Shown here in pieces: positions 41,119 through 54,845 of a stretch of DNA of 64,000 bases (position 1 is its first letter; each line of letters opens with the position of its first letter). Origin of the DNA: Octopus sinensis (taxonomy: Eukaryota); assembly GCF_006345805.1 (NCBI RefSeq), contig NC_043018.1, positions 744,001 through 808,000 on the forward strand, given 5' to 3'. Under the pieces are notes generated by a model that saw nothing but the letters and a program-made list of their open reading frames with translations, made no database searches and had not been told where the DNA came from. Made by a program: the position numbers and the translations under genes.

Positions 41119-41892
41119 TATTAGATAGCGGTGCAAATAGCAGAGAATTAGATTCAAGTCATTTTAATTTAAGAAGGAATTTAATAAAATTATTTGAACA
41201 TTATATTTTTAAAATTGTACCGCTTTCGATCATTATTCTATACATTAGAATTGTAATTTATTTTAATGCAATTAATTAAAAAGTTTAGATTGTTTCGTCT
41301 TTGTTTCCTCACTAGAACTATTGATATACATAAAGATAGAACATATAACCATGTGCATACACTCAACTAATTGTCATCGTTTAATACCTCCCCTACGCTT
41401 CCACTTTAATAACTAATACGCGCCTATGAAGCAGTTGCCCGTTGTCCACTTCACTTCATATCGATTTATACTTAATATATCTATCATTACTTCACAAGTG
41501 TCCTGTTGATTGTTATATCTCAGCACAAAGATTCTGTTCATTCTTATACCTCGCACATAAGGGGTAATAATCCCGAAAATTATTTAGTTTTTACTGTCTT
41601 GATACCGCCCCACTCCACTCAATTACATACGCTATAAGATACTGTTAATTAAATTATTGGAGAGTTTATAATGGCTCTTGATTACTTTTTGTGTTTGATA
41701 ACAATTTTCATAATCGCGATTAGTATAATTTATGTAGATTACATTTGCTTTGATTACTAATTTTGCAAACCAGATTTAGTATCAATGCGTGGTACAAAAT
41801 GCCTCATATCATTGCATACATTGCTTACCTCTTCGTATATAACGGGTTGCCTAAACCAGATCTAACATGATTCTGAATATATCAACAGCACT

Positions 41893-42127
41893 ACCTATTT
41901 CTTTACTACCCACAAGGGGCTAAACATAGAGAGGATAAACAAGGACAGGCGAACGGATTAAGTCGATTACATCGACCCCAGTGCGTAACTGGTACTTAAT
42001 TTATCGACCCCGAAAGGATGAAAGGCAAAGTCGACCTCGGCGGAATTTGAACTCAGAACATAGAGGCAGACGAAATACGGTTACGCATTTCGCCCGGCGT
42101 GTTAACGTTTCTGCCAACTACCACCTA
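41893..42127 (-). mobile_element. Family M SINE
   Basis: It is a reverse-complement match to 47740-47972. Confidence 0.92.
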
Positions 42128-42883
42128 CATCAGCACAACCACCATGATACAAAAACATTATGTACGGCAACGACATCGTCGTGAACTATAGCAACAGCAA
42201 CAAGCCTAGCGACCAAAACAAAAATATGAAACTTACATGGGAGATTTACACACGGACCATATATTTCCTTCGCATATTATTGTAATTATTCTTATACCTA
42301 GGTGCATTAAGCGCTTTAGTATAGTTCGTTCTATACTTTCACATACGAAGAAAACAGAAGATTTTAGTGTGTACGCATCATCCAGTGATATTGGAATCGC
42401 TTCAACAAATGATAGAATTCACATCGCAATATCCGCCAAAATGGGTCAGTACTTCATTTTTGATACTTCTCATTTATGATCGTATATAATTACGCCATGC
42501 TGCTATGCCGATCCATGTTATCTACTAAGAATTTTACCGCGATGACCGCCTCCGCATATTATATAATATATAATGTTATATAATATATAATATATAATAT
42601 ATGATATTATATAATGTTTAATATATAAGACAATGCGGTAGGTCTTGATGGCCATTTAAATGCAATTTCTAGCAGACTGAGATACCACAAATACTCCAAC
42701 TTCATTAGTTATCCGAGTAATTATGTAATCTGTCTAATGTGATATTTTTATCTCTTCCACCCGCTTTCTTCCCCCTCCGGTCGTCTTCCATCCCTGTTCG
42801 TCCATGTTTCTTTAACGCATTATTTTTCTACGATTAAATTAAAATTTCAAATTTTATTTGCAGCCGTGAGCCATGCATTTCTT

Positions 42884-42961
<78 letters not shown>

Positions 42962-42977
42962 GCTGTTGTTTTTGTTA

Positions 42978-43046
<69 letters not shown>

Positions 43047-44079
43047 TCATTATTATTATTATTATCATTATTATTTTTATTATCATTATTATCATCAACA
43101 TCATCATCATCATCGTCGCCGTTATTAATTTTATTATTATAATTATCATAATCATTGTGATGTAGAGGTGGAGAGAAGACCTTTACAGAAAGAAGAGAAG
43201 CTGCATAAGATACGGGGATATGCAGACAAACCACCCCACTCTTCCCCTCCCACCGAAAAGAGAAAAAAACAAAGAAACCACATGCCACAACAACGACAAC
43301 AAATACACAAACAACATCGGCATTGGCAATAACATCAAAAACACAAACAGAACATGAAGAAATGAACATAGCCTCCTACTATTTATTCGAGTGCGATGTA
43401 GGGAATTGGTTATGCTAATAATTTTCCATGCGTTATATAATTTCCATATTGTTTTCTGTATGATATGCTATACAAAAATATCGTTTAAAATACATTTGTG
43501 TCCAAAGTTTAGGGATATTGACGTCTGATTCGAACGTGGACAATTGAAATAGAAACTGGAAATTGCTCAATATTCGTCCCTCTTGAATTGGTGGTAATTT
43601 ACCTAAGGTGTAGTTTGTATCAGCATATTCCGGATAGATTACTTGGGCTTTGAATGAGAGTTAATTAACTAGCATACCCCATTGGAGAACTGTGAAACAG
43701 TTCGTCCTATGTTTATATATACATGCAGTAGAGTAATATTGTTTTCATTAATTCATGGATCTTGCACAGAGCGAACCGGGTTGAAGCCAAATTCGGATGC
43801 CTTAGGTTGGGCAAGAGCGTTGCTGGCAATTTATACGGCCAATAACGACGGACACATTACCCTGGCCACAAGTTGACAGCCACCATGTACACATACACTA
43901 CACACAAACATATATACATACGTAGCATACTGTTGTGTCGACGCCCCCAGACGATGAAGTAGGCTAGCCCAATACGTAGATATATAGGGATAAGTTTAGA
44001 CCGCGTAGACTAGACCAGAATCGAGTGGTGTAGAAGTCACTCGAACGTGCGACATAAAACATACTAACATAAATATATA

Positions 44080-44482
44080 CGCAGGAGTGGCTGTGTGGTA
44101 AGTAGCTTGCTAACAAACCACATGGTTCCGGGTTCAGTCCCACTGCGTGGCATTTGAGCAAGTGTCTTCTGCTATAGCGCCGGGCCGACCAATGCCTTGT
44201 GAGTGGATTTGGTAGACGGAAACTGAAAGAAGCCTGTCGTATATATGTATATATTTATGTGCATGTGTGTCTGTTTGTGTGTGTGTGTGTTTGTCCCCCT
44301 AGCATTGCTTGACAACCGATGCCGGTATGTTTATGTCCCCGTCACTTAGCGGTTCGGCGAAAGAGACCGATAGAATAAGTACTGGGCTTACAACGAATAA
44401 GTCCCGGGGTCGAGTTGCTCGACTAAAGGCCGTGATCCAGCATGGCCGCAGTCAAATGACTGAAACAAGTAAAAAGAGAGAG
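44080..44482 (+). mobile_element. Family A SINE, full length
   Basis: Head, internal microsatellite and tail match 511-931. Confidence 0.93.
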
Positions 44483-44632
44483 TATACGTAAAGTTATAAT
44501 GAGTAAACATCCGAATCAGTCAAAACAATTTTATATCATTCCCAGATTATCAAAAACCGAATGTAAATATATTCCATCGTATTACCCTTTAGGTTTTATC
44601 ACATTTTATTCGTGGATATGTGTAAATTTCAT

Positions 44633-45013
44633 TGGAGGCGCAATGGCCCAGTGGTTAGGGCAGCAGACTCGCGGCATAGGATCGCGGTTTCGCTTCCCAG
44701 ACCGGGCGTTGTGAGGGTTTATTGAGCGAAAACACCTGAAGCTCCACGAGGCTCCGGCAGGGGATGGTGGTGATCCCTGCTGTACTCTTTCACCACAACT
44801 TTCTCTCACTCTTACTTCCTGTTGTACCTGCATTTCAAGGGGCCGGCCTGGTCACTCTCCGTGTCACGCTGAATCTCCCCGAGAACTACGTTAAGGGTGC
44901 ACGTGTCTGTGGAGTGCTCAGCCACTTACACGTTAATTTCACGAGCAGGCTGTTCCGTTGATTCGGATCAACCGGAACCCTCGTCGTCGTATGCGACGGA
45001 GTGCTTCCATCCC
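44633..45013 (+). mobile_element. Family C SINE, 12-bp TSD
   Basis: The TSD ATGTGTAAATTT is at 44618-44629 and 45014-45025. It matches 25781-26169. Confidence 0.92.
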
Positions 45014-45627
45014 ATGTGTAAATTTTATACTATTGCGTTTTACCATTGGGTGCTCTATCACTTTAATATATTATATTTACAGTCGATTTTTGATAATTTG
45101 GGTTTTACATAAATTAGTGGTTTTGGCCGATTGCAATGTTTATTCATCATATCTTTCAATTTACTTCGCTTTTCGCCCCAGTGTCACCAGAGAACTTCCA
45201 GCTGCACTCCGATTTTTAATTTTGAACTTCGGTTTAATGAAGTTATAAAATTATCCCCTTATACATGCATGCATGCAAATATGCAAGCATATATACATTT
45301 ATATGCACATACATGCGTACATACATGCCTAACATACCAGACTACATTGAAAAATGTGTAATTAAACACCCTTACTTAATTAAAGATAAGCAATTCGTTA
45401 CATTTCTTTGTTTCCTTTGATTATATTCTTGAATTTCATGCGAAATTCTTCGAAGCGAACACTGCATTTGCTAATCAAACAGAACACATTTATTTTATTC
45501 TGTATATATAGGTCACCAGGTTCAGATTGCAAACGAGAATCTATAAACCATCTACATGAATTTTGATACATCTATGTTAGATACAAACGCAGAAACACAT
45601 ACACAATCACGCATCAGCACGTTCACA

Positions 45628-45951
45628 TCACACATACACACACACACACACATACACACACACACGCACACACACACACGCACACACATACACACACACA
45701 TACACCCACACACATACACACACACACACACACATACACACACACGCACACACACACATACACACACCCACACACACACACACGCACACACACACATACA
45801 CACACACCCACACACACACACATACACACACACACGCACACACACACACACACACGCACACACGCACACACACACATACACACACCCACACACACACACC
45901 CACACACATACACCCCCCCCACACACACACCCACACACATACACACACCAC

Positions 45952-45987
<36 letters not shown>
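45628..45987. repeat. Long imperfect (CA)n microsatellite
   Basis: Directly visible, about 360 bp. Confidence 0.96.
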
Positions 45988-45988
<1 letters not shown>

Positions 45989-46016
45989 TGCTAAACCTCG
46001 CTAAGATAAATATTTC

Positions 46017-46091
46017 AATCACCTGAAGATTGACTGCAACCATAACTCGAATTATTACGAATTGGACAGCCATGAAACGATCGTAGTGTTT
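46017..46091 (+). ncRNA. Type I hammerhead ribozyme motif (Penelope pLTR type) with an extended loop 2
   Basis: The sequence reads AATCAC-CTGAAGA-T-TGACTG-[30 nt]-CAGCCA-T-GAAAC-GATC-GTA-GTGTTT. It has core CUGAAGA/GAAA, palindromic stem III ACGATCGT, a GUA cleavage triplet (46083-46085) and stem I CAC/GTG. An AT-rich tail leads into (TA)n at 46228. Confidence 0.7.
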
Positions 46092-46220
46092 TAATCATTA
46101 TCTTTTATTAATATTTTAATAATTTTGATATATATTTAAAATAATATAAGTTAATTAATTTTATGTATTGGCTTAAGTTTTTCATTGTTTGATTTGCATA
46201 ATACTGGTTTTATCTCTAAT

Positions 46221-46296
<76 letters not shown>

Positions 46297-46650
46297 TACA
46301 TACAATGTATTTCATGAAGATGTTTGAGAAGTATCATGAGAACATGCTGGCTAGAACACGTAACCAATAAGTAGTTTCTAGAAATAAATCAACATGAGAC
46401 CACTTAACAAAAATAAACATGGAAGGAAAACTTAATCTAGCAGGGAATATAATTCAGTTATTATAAAAACCCCGTTGAAAAAAATCACCTTTAAAATTGA
46501 CGCCAGACGAGAGGGAAAAAATATATGTGAGAGGCCAATATCATATGGCCGACTGTACAGAAATCCGTAGCCAATAGACGCAAGCGGCATCAGCAAGCTG
46601 CTGGATATGCCTGGGAGCACATGAGGAACTGTTACTAATAATGTAAATAA

Positions 46651-46683
<33 letters not shown>

Positions 46684-46968
46684 TTGTGTGTGTGTGTTGC
46701 GTGTGTGTATTATATATATATATATATAAACTATATATATATATATATATATACATGCATAAATAGATAGATATATAGATAGAAACACAGATAGATAGAG
46801 AGAAAGAGAGGGAGAGAGATTTAACTGTTAAACCGAAAGATATTAATTTACAGTAAGAAGAAGATACAACATGGGCATTATATTGGGGTTGCAATTGGAA
46901 CGGTTACTAATGGCTACGGTAGAAACATGTGTAGGACTACGTAAAGATGTATATATACATATATATAT

Positions 46969-47105
46969 ATTAATTTATTTTATAGAAGGAGCTTCTACAG
47001 GACTAGAATTGTTTCATTCAAATGAAATCATCGGGCTTCCTGATGATTTCATTTGAATGAAACAGTTCTAGTCCTGTAGAAGCTCCTTCTATAAGATAAA
47101 TTAAT
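46969..47105. repeat. Near-perfect 64-bp inverted repeat (fold-back) with a 9-nt spacer
   Basis: Arms are 46969-47032 and 47042-47105. There are only two differences, and both give G.U pairs on the + strand. Confidence 0.97.
47033..47085 (+). ncRNA. Type I hammerhead ribozyme motif overlapping the fold-back
   Basis: The sequence reads GGGCTTC-CTGATGA-T-TTC-ATTT-GAA-T-GAA-ACAG-TTCTAGTC-CTGT-A-GAAGCTC. It has a 7-bp stem I, a 4-bp stem III and a GUA triplet (cleavage after 47078). About 85 nt of tail lead into (TA)n at 47170. Confidence 0.75.
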
Positions 47106-47169
47106 TTACTCTGCTATGTATTGAGTACCTTATTTACTGTGGTTAACGCCGACTCAACCCGGGACCTAC

Positions 47170-47210
<41 letters not shown>

Positions 47211-47256
47211 TAGAGATACACATTATATAGTATGCATATATATATATATATATATG

Positions 47257-47304
<48 letters not shown>

Positions 47305-47324
47305 TATATATATATACACACAAA

Positions 47325-47555
47325 ATTAAGAGGAATGACAACTAAAGTGGACACCTAATATACTAAATACAGTCGTCAAATCGCTATTACCACGAAGAAT
47401 TTGTTCTCAAGAAATCTCTCAGCAAAATGCTAAAATGTAAAAATGAGAAATATAAATGAAAATATATGAACTGAGAAACGATTAACTACCTACCATGGTT
47501 TCACTCGTTACTATCTAAGTATCGAAACAGCGTAGACTTTCGCTTACAAAACAAT
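47325..47555 (-). mobile_element. (TA)n-anchored Penelope-like pLTR remnant with the 3' half of a hammerhead
   Basis: The minus strand reads GAGT-GAAAC-CATG-GTA-GGTAGTT at about 47484-47506. It is homologous to 24553-24645. Confidence 0.55.
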
Positions 47556-47739
47556 TTAGATATATGTATATATATATACGTGTGTGTGTGTGTAAAGAGG
47601 GAGAGGGAGAGAGAGAGAGAGAGAAAGCGATTGAGATAGATTGATGTGTACGTGTGCGTTTATGAATGTATATTTAAACACATACAACTTCATGATGGAA
47701 ATACATATTCGAAAATACAACTCAATGATATTCTGTATA

Positions 47740-47972
47740 GGCGGCGAGCTGGCAGAAACGTTAGCACGCCGGGCGAAATGCGTAACTGTACTTCGTCTGC
47801 CGCTACGTACTGAGTTCAAATTCCGCCGAGCTTGACTTTGCCTTTCATCCTTTCGGGGTCGATAAATTAAGTACCAGTTATGCACTGGAGTCGATGTAAT
47901 CGACTTAATCCGTTTGTCTGTCCTTTTTTGTCCTCTCTGTGTTTAGCCCCCTGTGGGTAGTAAAGAAATAGG
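47740..47972 (+). mobile_element. Family M SINE, full length, 11-bp TSD
   Basis: The TSD TATTCTGTATA is at 47729-47739 and 47973-47983. Confidence 0.93.
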
Positions 47973-49157
47973 TATTCTGTATATTTCTTTGCACGAGTAT
48001 GTGTGCATGAAGTATATGGGTGCAATATTATGGATGCATAGAATATAGGCTCATATCTTGAGATTACTGTCTTACCCTTGCCGCATATGTTCATTACTTC
48101 TAAGCATAATAGATTAATCACAATAATTAACCAAAGTTGCAGACGTACATATATTTATATTTGTACATCAATTCATACAGGCATAGATCTAGACGAATCT
48201 GTCTCCATATATATATTCGATATATATTTCATTGTATGTCTTATGTTTTCCGCGTTTGAGAATGTGTTCCGAGATATATAAAGCGAATAGACATACCAGA
48301 AACTAAAAATAATAATAAACTTTTACCTTGATCGTATATCTCAACAGTTAATCACTGCTTTGTGTTTCTTCTATTTTAAAGACATGAATATTTATGAACA
48401 GAAATAAAAATACAGCTATACAAACGTACTTAATTCTTTGATTTTTTTTCTCGAAAATGTATATATACAACATTGAAACGTTTTATTTGTTAAGATCTTC
48501 GAGCCCTGTTTGATTGTGAGTGACTATAAATGCTTACACAAGCACACACACAGACGCACACAGATATAAACGTCTATGTATATATATATATATATATCTA
48601 TATATATATGTATATAAGCAAATTTATTTATTTATCTATTTCTTTTAACGTCTCAGTGTGTAAGTACGTATGTATACACGTTTGTATTTATGACACCCAG
48701 TCTCTTCGATTCCCAGTTTTATAGGATAGACCTACTGTGTGACTGCCTTTGATAGTTTTACGAAAAGTTTCTCTAGTAAATACAATATATTGTATATACC
48801 CTTCTATAAATATAAATGCATATACAATCATATATATTATACACTGTCTTAGAGAGATTGTTTTAAGTAATACCTAAGAAATGTTTTAAAGCAATGACCT
48901 CAAAAACGAAATGTTTGTCTATGACTAGCGGAGTGTATCACTTTCCATTGGAGTATAAAACTGTGCGCATTTGCAAAGTATATATTTACATATATAGCTA
49001 TATACGTGTGTATATAAGTGTATGTACGTGCATAAGTGTGTGCGAGTGTGCATATGTATTCATACAAACATATATGTAAATACATATTTCTATATATATA
49101 CATATATATTTTGTCATACACATGTGTATGTCATAAAAATGACTACATATAAACATG

Positions 49158-49188
<31 letters not shown>

Positions 49189-49277
49189 ATATACATATAC
49201 ATATGCATAGGTTTATAAGTATACGCATGTGTATGAGTACTCATACTTATACTCACATGCTCATATATATGTGAATG

Positions 49278-49315
<38 letters not shown>

Positions 49316-49834
49316 GTTTGTGTATGTGCGTGTCTGTGTGTTCATAATATGTATTTAGCCGAATTACAGAAGAAGAAAAAAAAAACAGGGAAAGGAAAAA
49401 TACCAACAGACAAAAGATATTGTGAGAAATAAATCATAACTGTCAAAATTACCCAAGAATATAAGAAAAAAAAAGGTGAGGTGTTGGAAGGAAAGTTGGT
49501 GGAAGAGCGAGTATTGGCTATTCCAAGAATGACCTCCAGAGATTGAAGTTAAAACTGTTAATCATGCCAGCAACACATGATTTATCTCTTCATCCCAAAC
49601 TTTTTATTTGACTCCCCCCCTCTCGGTCTGTGTATAACAATATAAAGAAATCTGAAGTGAGCGCACCTGTGAGTTGGCCTTCCCCCACGCTCGCTCGCTC
49701 TCTCTCTCTCTCTCTCTATCTCTATCCTTCTGTGTGTGATTGTGCACCTCTATGCCTTTGTGTGCACGCGCTATCATAAGTACGTATATACATACTTGCA
49801 TGCATACAACATACACACATACAAACACTCACAC

Positions 49835-49878
<44 letters not shown>

Positions 49879-50494
49879 TTCTGTATATCTATGTATACAT
49901 ATACATATATATGCGAGTTAATATGTTTATTTATATATATATATATATATATACATATTTCTGTATATGCATGTATACATATCATATATATGCGCGTTAA
50001 TATGTGTGTGTGCATATATATGTGTATAAGTAAATATATATAAGGATATATATATCATATATTGCTTGCGCATGTACCTGTATACATTCGTGTCTTTCTG
50101 TGTATATATGTATATATGCTCTTATACGTAATTATACAATCATACACAAATATACATGTATATGCATATATACGTTTATATATGTATATGCGTTACGCTT
50201 AATGGTGCCTTGACTGAACCCAATGTTATGTACTATGTGTGCCGCTATATTCCTCCTACTCTTCTCTCTCTCTCTATCCCACTTCTATCTCCACTATGTC
50301 TCTGTGTCTATATATATATAGAGAAATAAGCAGGTATATATATAAATATATACATATATATATACATACATATATATACATATATACACATATACATAGG
50401 TATTTTAAGTATATATGTGTATATATACATACAGTACAGAATCACATACAAATACACTTCACACACACCCATGTATACATGTATCTCTCTCTCT

Positions 50495-50534
<40 letters not shown>

Positions 50535-50891
50535 CCACATAAATTTATTCGTCTGTCTAAGTGTGTATGTTTATGTAGCCTTACAAAACACATTGTATTA
50601 TTTGCGTAAGTACATATTTTCTAATACCTTCATACATCACGATGTAATTATGCTCTCCTACCTAGTGTTAACTACCTATCTTGGCATACGTATAGCCATA
50701 TATCTGAACCAATCTCACGAACCACATTTACACGCCAATACACATACACTCAGACATATTTGGATATATTTATGTCTCACTATAATTAATTTTCTCTCTC
50801 ACAAATACTGGCCACATACACAGGAAAACTATATATTCACTCAAACATAGACAAGCACATGCACATACACACACGCACACACACCACATAA

Positions 50892-50937
<46 letters not shown>

Positions 50938-51395
50938 ATTATAGATGTATATGTATGCACGCATATATATATATAAAGGTACCAAGGGAGAGATATAAAA
51001 TGAAGTAACGGGTTTATAGATGTGTGCCTCCTTGCATGTCTGGGTGTCTCTTTGTATGTACATGCAAATACAAATATATACGTAGCAGCACACGACACAC
51101 ATACATGTGTGAACATATATATGTATATGTATATATCTATTCTATATATAATATATATATATATATAATAATATTATATATATATACATATATATATACA
51201 TATTGCATATATACTATATTATATATATATATATATACTTATATATATATATTTATATATATATATACATATATATTATAGATATACAGATATTACATAT
51301 ACACACACACATCGTATATATATTTATATATACAGTTATATAGAGTAATATTTGCATCCATAAGTTGCTACATATATGTGTGTGCGTGTATGTAT

Positions 51396-51432
<37 letters not shown>

Positions 51433-52534
51433 GATAGATTTATAAACATATATATACACATACCTATTCACAGACAGGCAGACAGGCAGAGAGTTAGACA
51501 GACGGACAGACATATATATAGATAGATGGATAGATATACAATTAGATAGAGAAAAAGGCAGATAGAGGGAAGCGGGAAAGAGAGTGTGGAGGGAATCAGA
51601 AAGAGATAGCGAGGGAGATAATCATTAGTTCGTGTAGACATAAATACGTGTATATCTGTGTGTTCGCGTGAGAGGTGGAAAGGTGAGAGGGTATAGATTT
51701 AGTGAGTAACACCATTTCATCAATAATACTATTCAACATCGATATTTCTAAGTAGAATTCAGTTAAGGAAATATAATATAAGGAAATTTATATGTCTTTT
51801 AATGTGTGTTAAAACTAATATATCGTCTACACGTTCAACAAAGTTTCAGATAGCTTTGTCATTTGAACGTTTATGGCGGTTATGTTGTTCCGTGTGTCCT
51901 CTGAGCTTTATTGTAAAGATGGAGTCTTCTGTTATAATCTTAAAAATGTATTAATACCATTTACGGAATTGTAATGTGTTTCATGGGAATTAAATAATAA
52001 AAGGAAGGTTGAAGATATGTTTCAAAGTGCGGTTGTTACGAGGCAACTTTCCGTAAGTGTTGTATGGTATTATATCACTTAATATCAACACTGATATTGT
52101 CTGGTTTGTTTGGCTGTTTGCGGCCATTTTATTTTGTTTTATGCTATAAACTAGTGACCAGTAAATAGTTATTACTCACTCGGGTATCTTATTTACGTGT
52201 TGCTTCTTATCGATTTCTTCTTTATGCTCTGGGCCACATGTTTCGTAAGCTGAAATAGATGATGGTATCTACCTCAGTATATTACTGTTACGTTACTCTA
52301 CCACCCATTGCGAACGGAATGCTGCTACACATTAAATCTAGTTTATGTTAGGCAATTTCTGTCATAAAAGGCACGAAAATGAAATGAAAGAATGAGAAAT
52401 GCTTCAATTTGAAACCACATTTTAAAAATTGATAGAATAAACTTATATTCCAAAGATCATTTACTATTTCATCAGACTGCAAAATCCTACCAATCTGAAG
52501 CCTTTAAATACTGACTGGTCGGTAATATTGGTTA

Positions 52535-53227
52535 TAACTTTAGCACAAGGATAGCAATCTCGGAGGAGGGGGTTTGTAGATTACGTCGAGCCCAAGTGGT
52601 CGCAAACCAGCTAAGCATTTTGCTCAGAGTACAAATTATTCTGGAAGCTCGTCGTCCTTCTGATCAGTAATATTATTTTCTACTGGAGGCACAAGGTTAG
52701 AAATTTTGCGGGAGGGGACTATTCGATTAGATCGACTCCCGTACACAACTGATACTTATTTTATCAACCCCGGAATTTGAACTTAGGTCATAAAGACATA
52801 CGAAATACCTATTTCTTTAGTGCCTACAAGGGGCTACACACAGAGGGGAGAAAGAAGGACACGCAAACGGATTAAGTCGATTATATAGACCCCATTGCGT
52901 AACTGGTACTTATTTAATCGAGTCCGAAAAGAATGATGGGTAAAGTTGACCTCGGCAGAATTTGAACTCAGAACGTAGCGGCAGACGAAATACATATTTC
53001 TTTATTACCCACAAAGAGCTAAACCCAGAGAGGACAAACACGGAGAGACAAACGGATTAACTCGATTACATCGACCCCAGTGCGTAACTGCTGCTTCTTT
53101 AATCGACCCCGAAAGGATGAAATGCAAAGTCGCCCTCGGCGGAATTTAAACTCCGAACATAAAGTCATACGAAATACGACTAAGCATTTCGCCCGGCGTG
53201 CTAACGTTTCTGCCAGCTCGCCGCCTT
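52535..53227 (-). repeat. Older tandem cluster of family M SINE: head, two ~190-bp bodies, a unit with the alternative tail and an adjacent degenerate copy
   Basis: CGAAATAC(C/A)TATTTC junctions occur at about 52801 and 52986. The head is at about 53170-53227. Confidence 0.85.
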
Positions 53228-54095
53228 ACTGATCAGAAATAGTAAAAGAAAGAATGTTTCCGTGCTATCTTACTCTGAATTATTGGCTTTATATTACTCA
53301 TAGTATATTCATTATTTAGTACATTTATGAATCCGTGTTTACACTCTTGTATTACGTAGCGTCTGCCGGGTCGACATTTCCTATTCATATTTTGAAAGAA
53401 ATAGTCACTTATCAGCCTATGATTCTTAACTAACAAACATTATATATTTACCATAGTCACGAGAGTTTGTATAAAGGAATTGAGATTCCACCGATTGACA
53501 CATTCGGAGAATATAAGCATTATTAATAATGATTTCTAAATATATATCGAATGTCAAGGAAAATTGTTAGGAAGGTGAATGGTTTTCGATTAAAACATCC
53601 CAAAGAGTGACTGTTTAATTCAAGTTATTTTGGATATCAGTAACAATAATTTTAGTCAACCATTGATATTTAACGTTCGCTTATATCTATTTATAAACAA
53701 TAAGTGTCTCAGCATTCATAAACTGGTATCAAGGATATCCAGACCGGAGATATGAAAGACAAAGAGAAACTGTTTTTTAATGAAATTATTCATTAATAAC
53801 CGTTTCACTTGGATCGTACATGATTTATTGGTCACGTATCATAATATAACATTTTTGAATTGCGAAATATGATAAGTAATGCATCACTTAACTTTGGGGG
53901 TATGCGGCATGGCACCAAATCTTTTGTTAGGTAGTTATTATTGTCATAATATATTGAAAATTATATTTGATTAGAATATAATTTTGCTAGTGAGGGGGCG
54001 ATGGCTCACTCTCTATACCGAATTAAAATAGCTGCTATATCACTTCGACATTACATCACAAACTTTACATAAGATATTCAAAACTACGTCGATTC

Positions 54096-54162
<67 letters not shown>

Positions 54163-54320
54163 TATTTTTGCAATTTACTTATTCTTTACATTTTACTGTT
54201 CTTTTAATTTTAACTTTTCTATTATATGTAATTTTCTAGATGGTGTAATTTAATTGTTCATTCTGAATTGATAAAAGGTGTTTTTTTCTAATATAATATA
54301 TATATATATATTATATATAT

Positions 54321-54354
<34 letters not shown>

Positions 54355-54722
54355 TCAGAGAGAAACAGCCAGACAGACATATAGCTAGATTCGATATATA
54401 TATATATATACTTATATATATATATATTACAAACACACACACAATCACACACAAATACACACACATATATAGATATATAGATAGATAAACAGATAGATGG
54501 CTGGATAGATAGATAGGTAGATAGTAGATATAGAGTAAAATAATATCACGTAGACCACCAGTACTTTGTGTATAAAATTCTTGCCTGACACATGAATGGC
54601 ACATTGACATGTTGCACTCACGGATTCATTTCCCTCTCTACTATGGATGGAAATGAATCCGTGACATAAAGCAACATAAATCAAAGTTGCCTCATATATA
54701 TATATATATGTATATATATATG

Positions 54723-54755
<33 letters not shown>

Positions 54756-54765
54756 ATATATATAT

Positions 54766-54845
<80 letters not shown>

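Noticed and set aside
46901-46940. CTAATGG-CTACGGTA-GAAACATGTGTA degenerate hammerhead
   Set aside because: It has two core mismatches and a poor stem I, so it cannot be told from chance.
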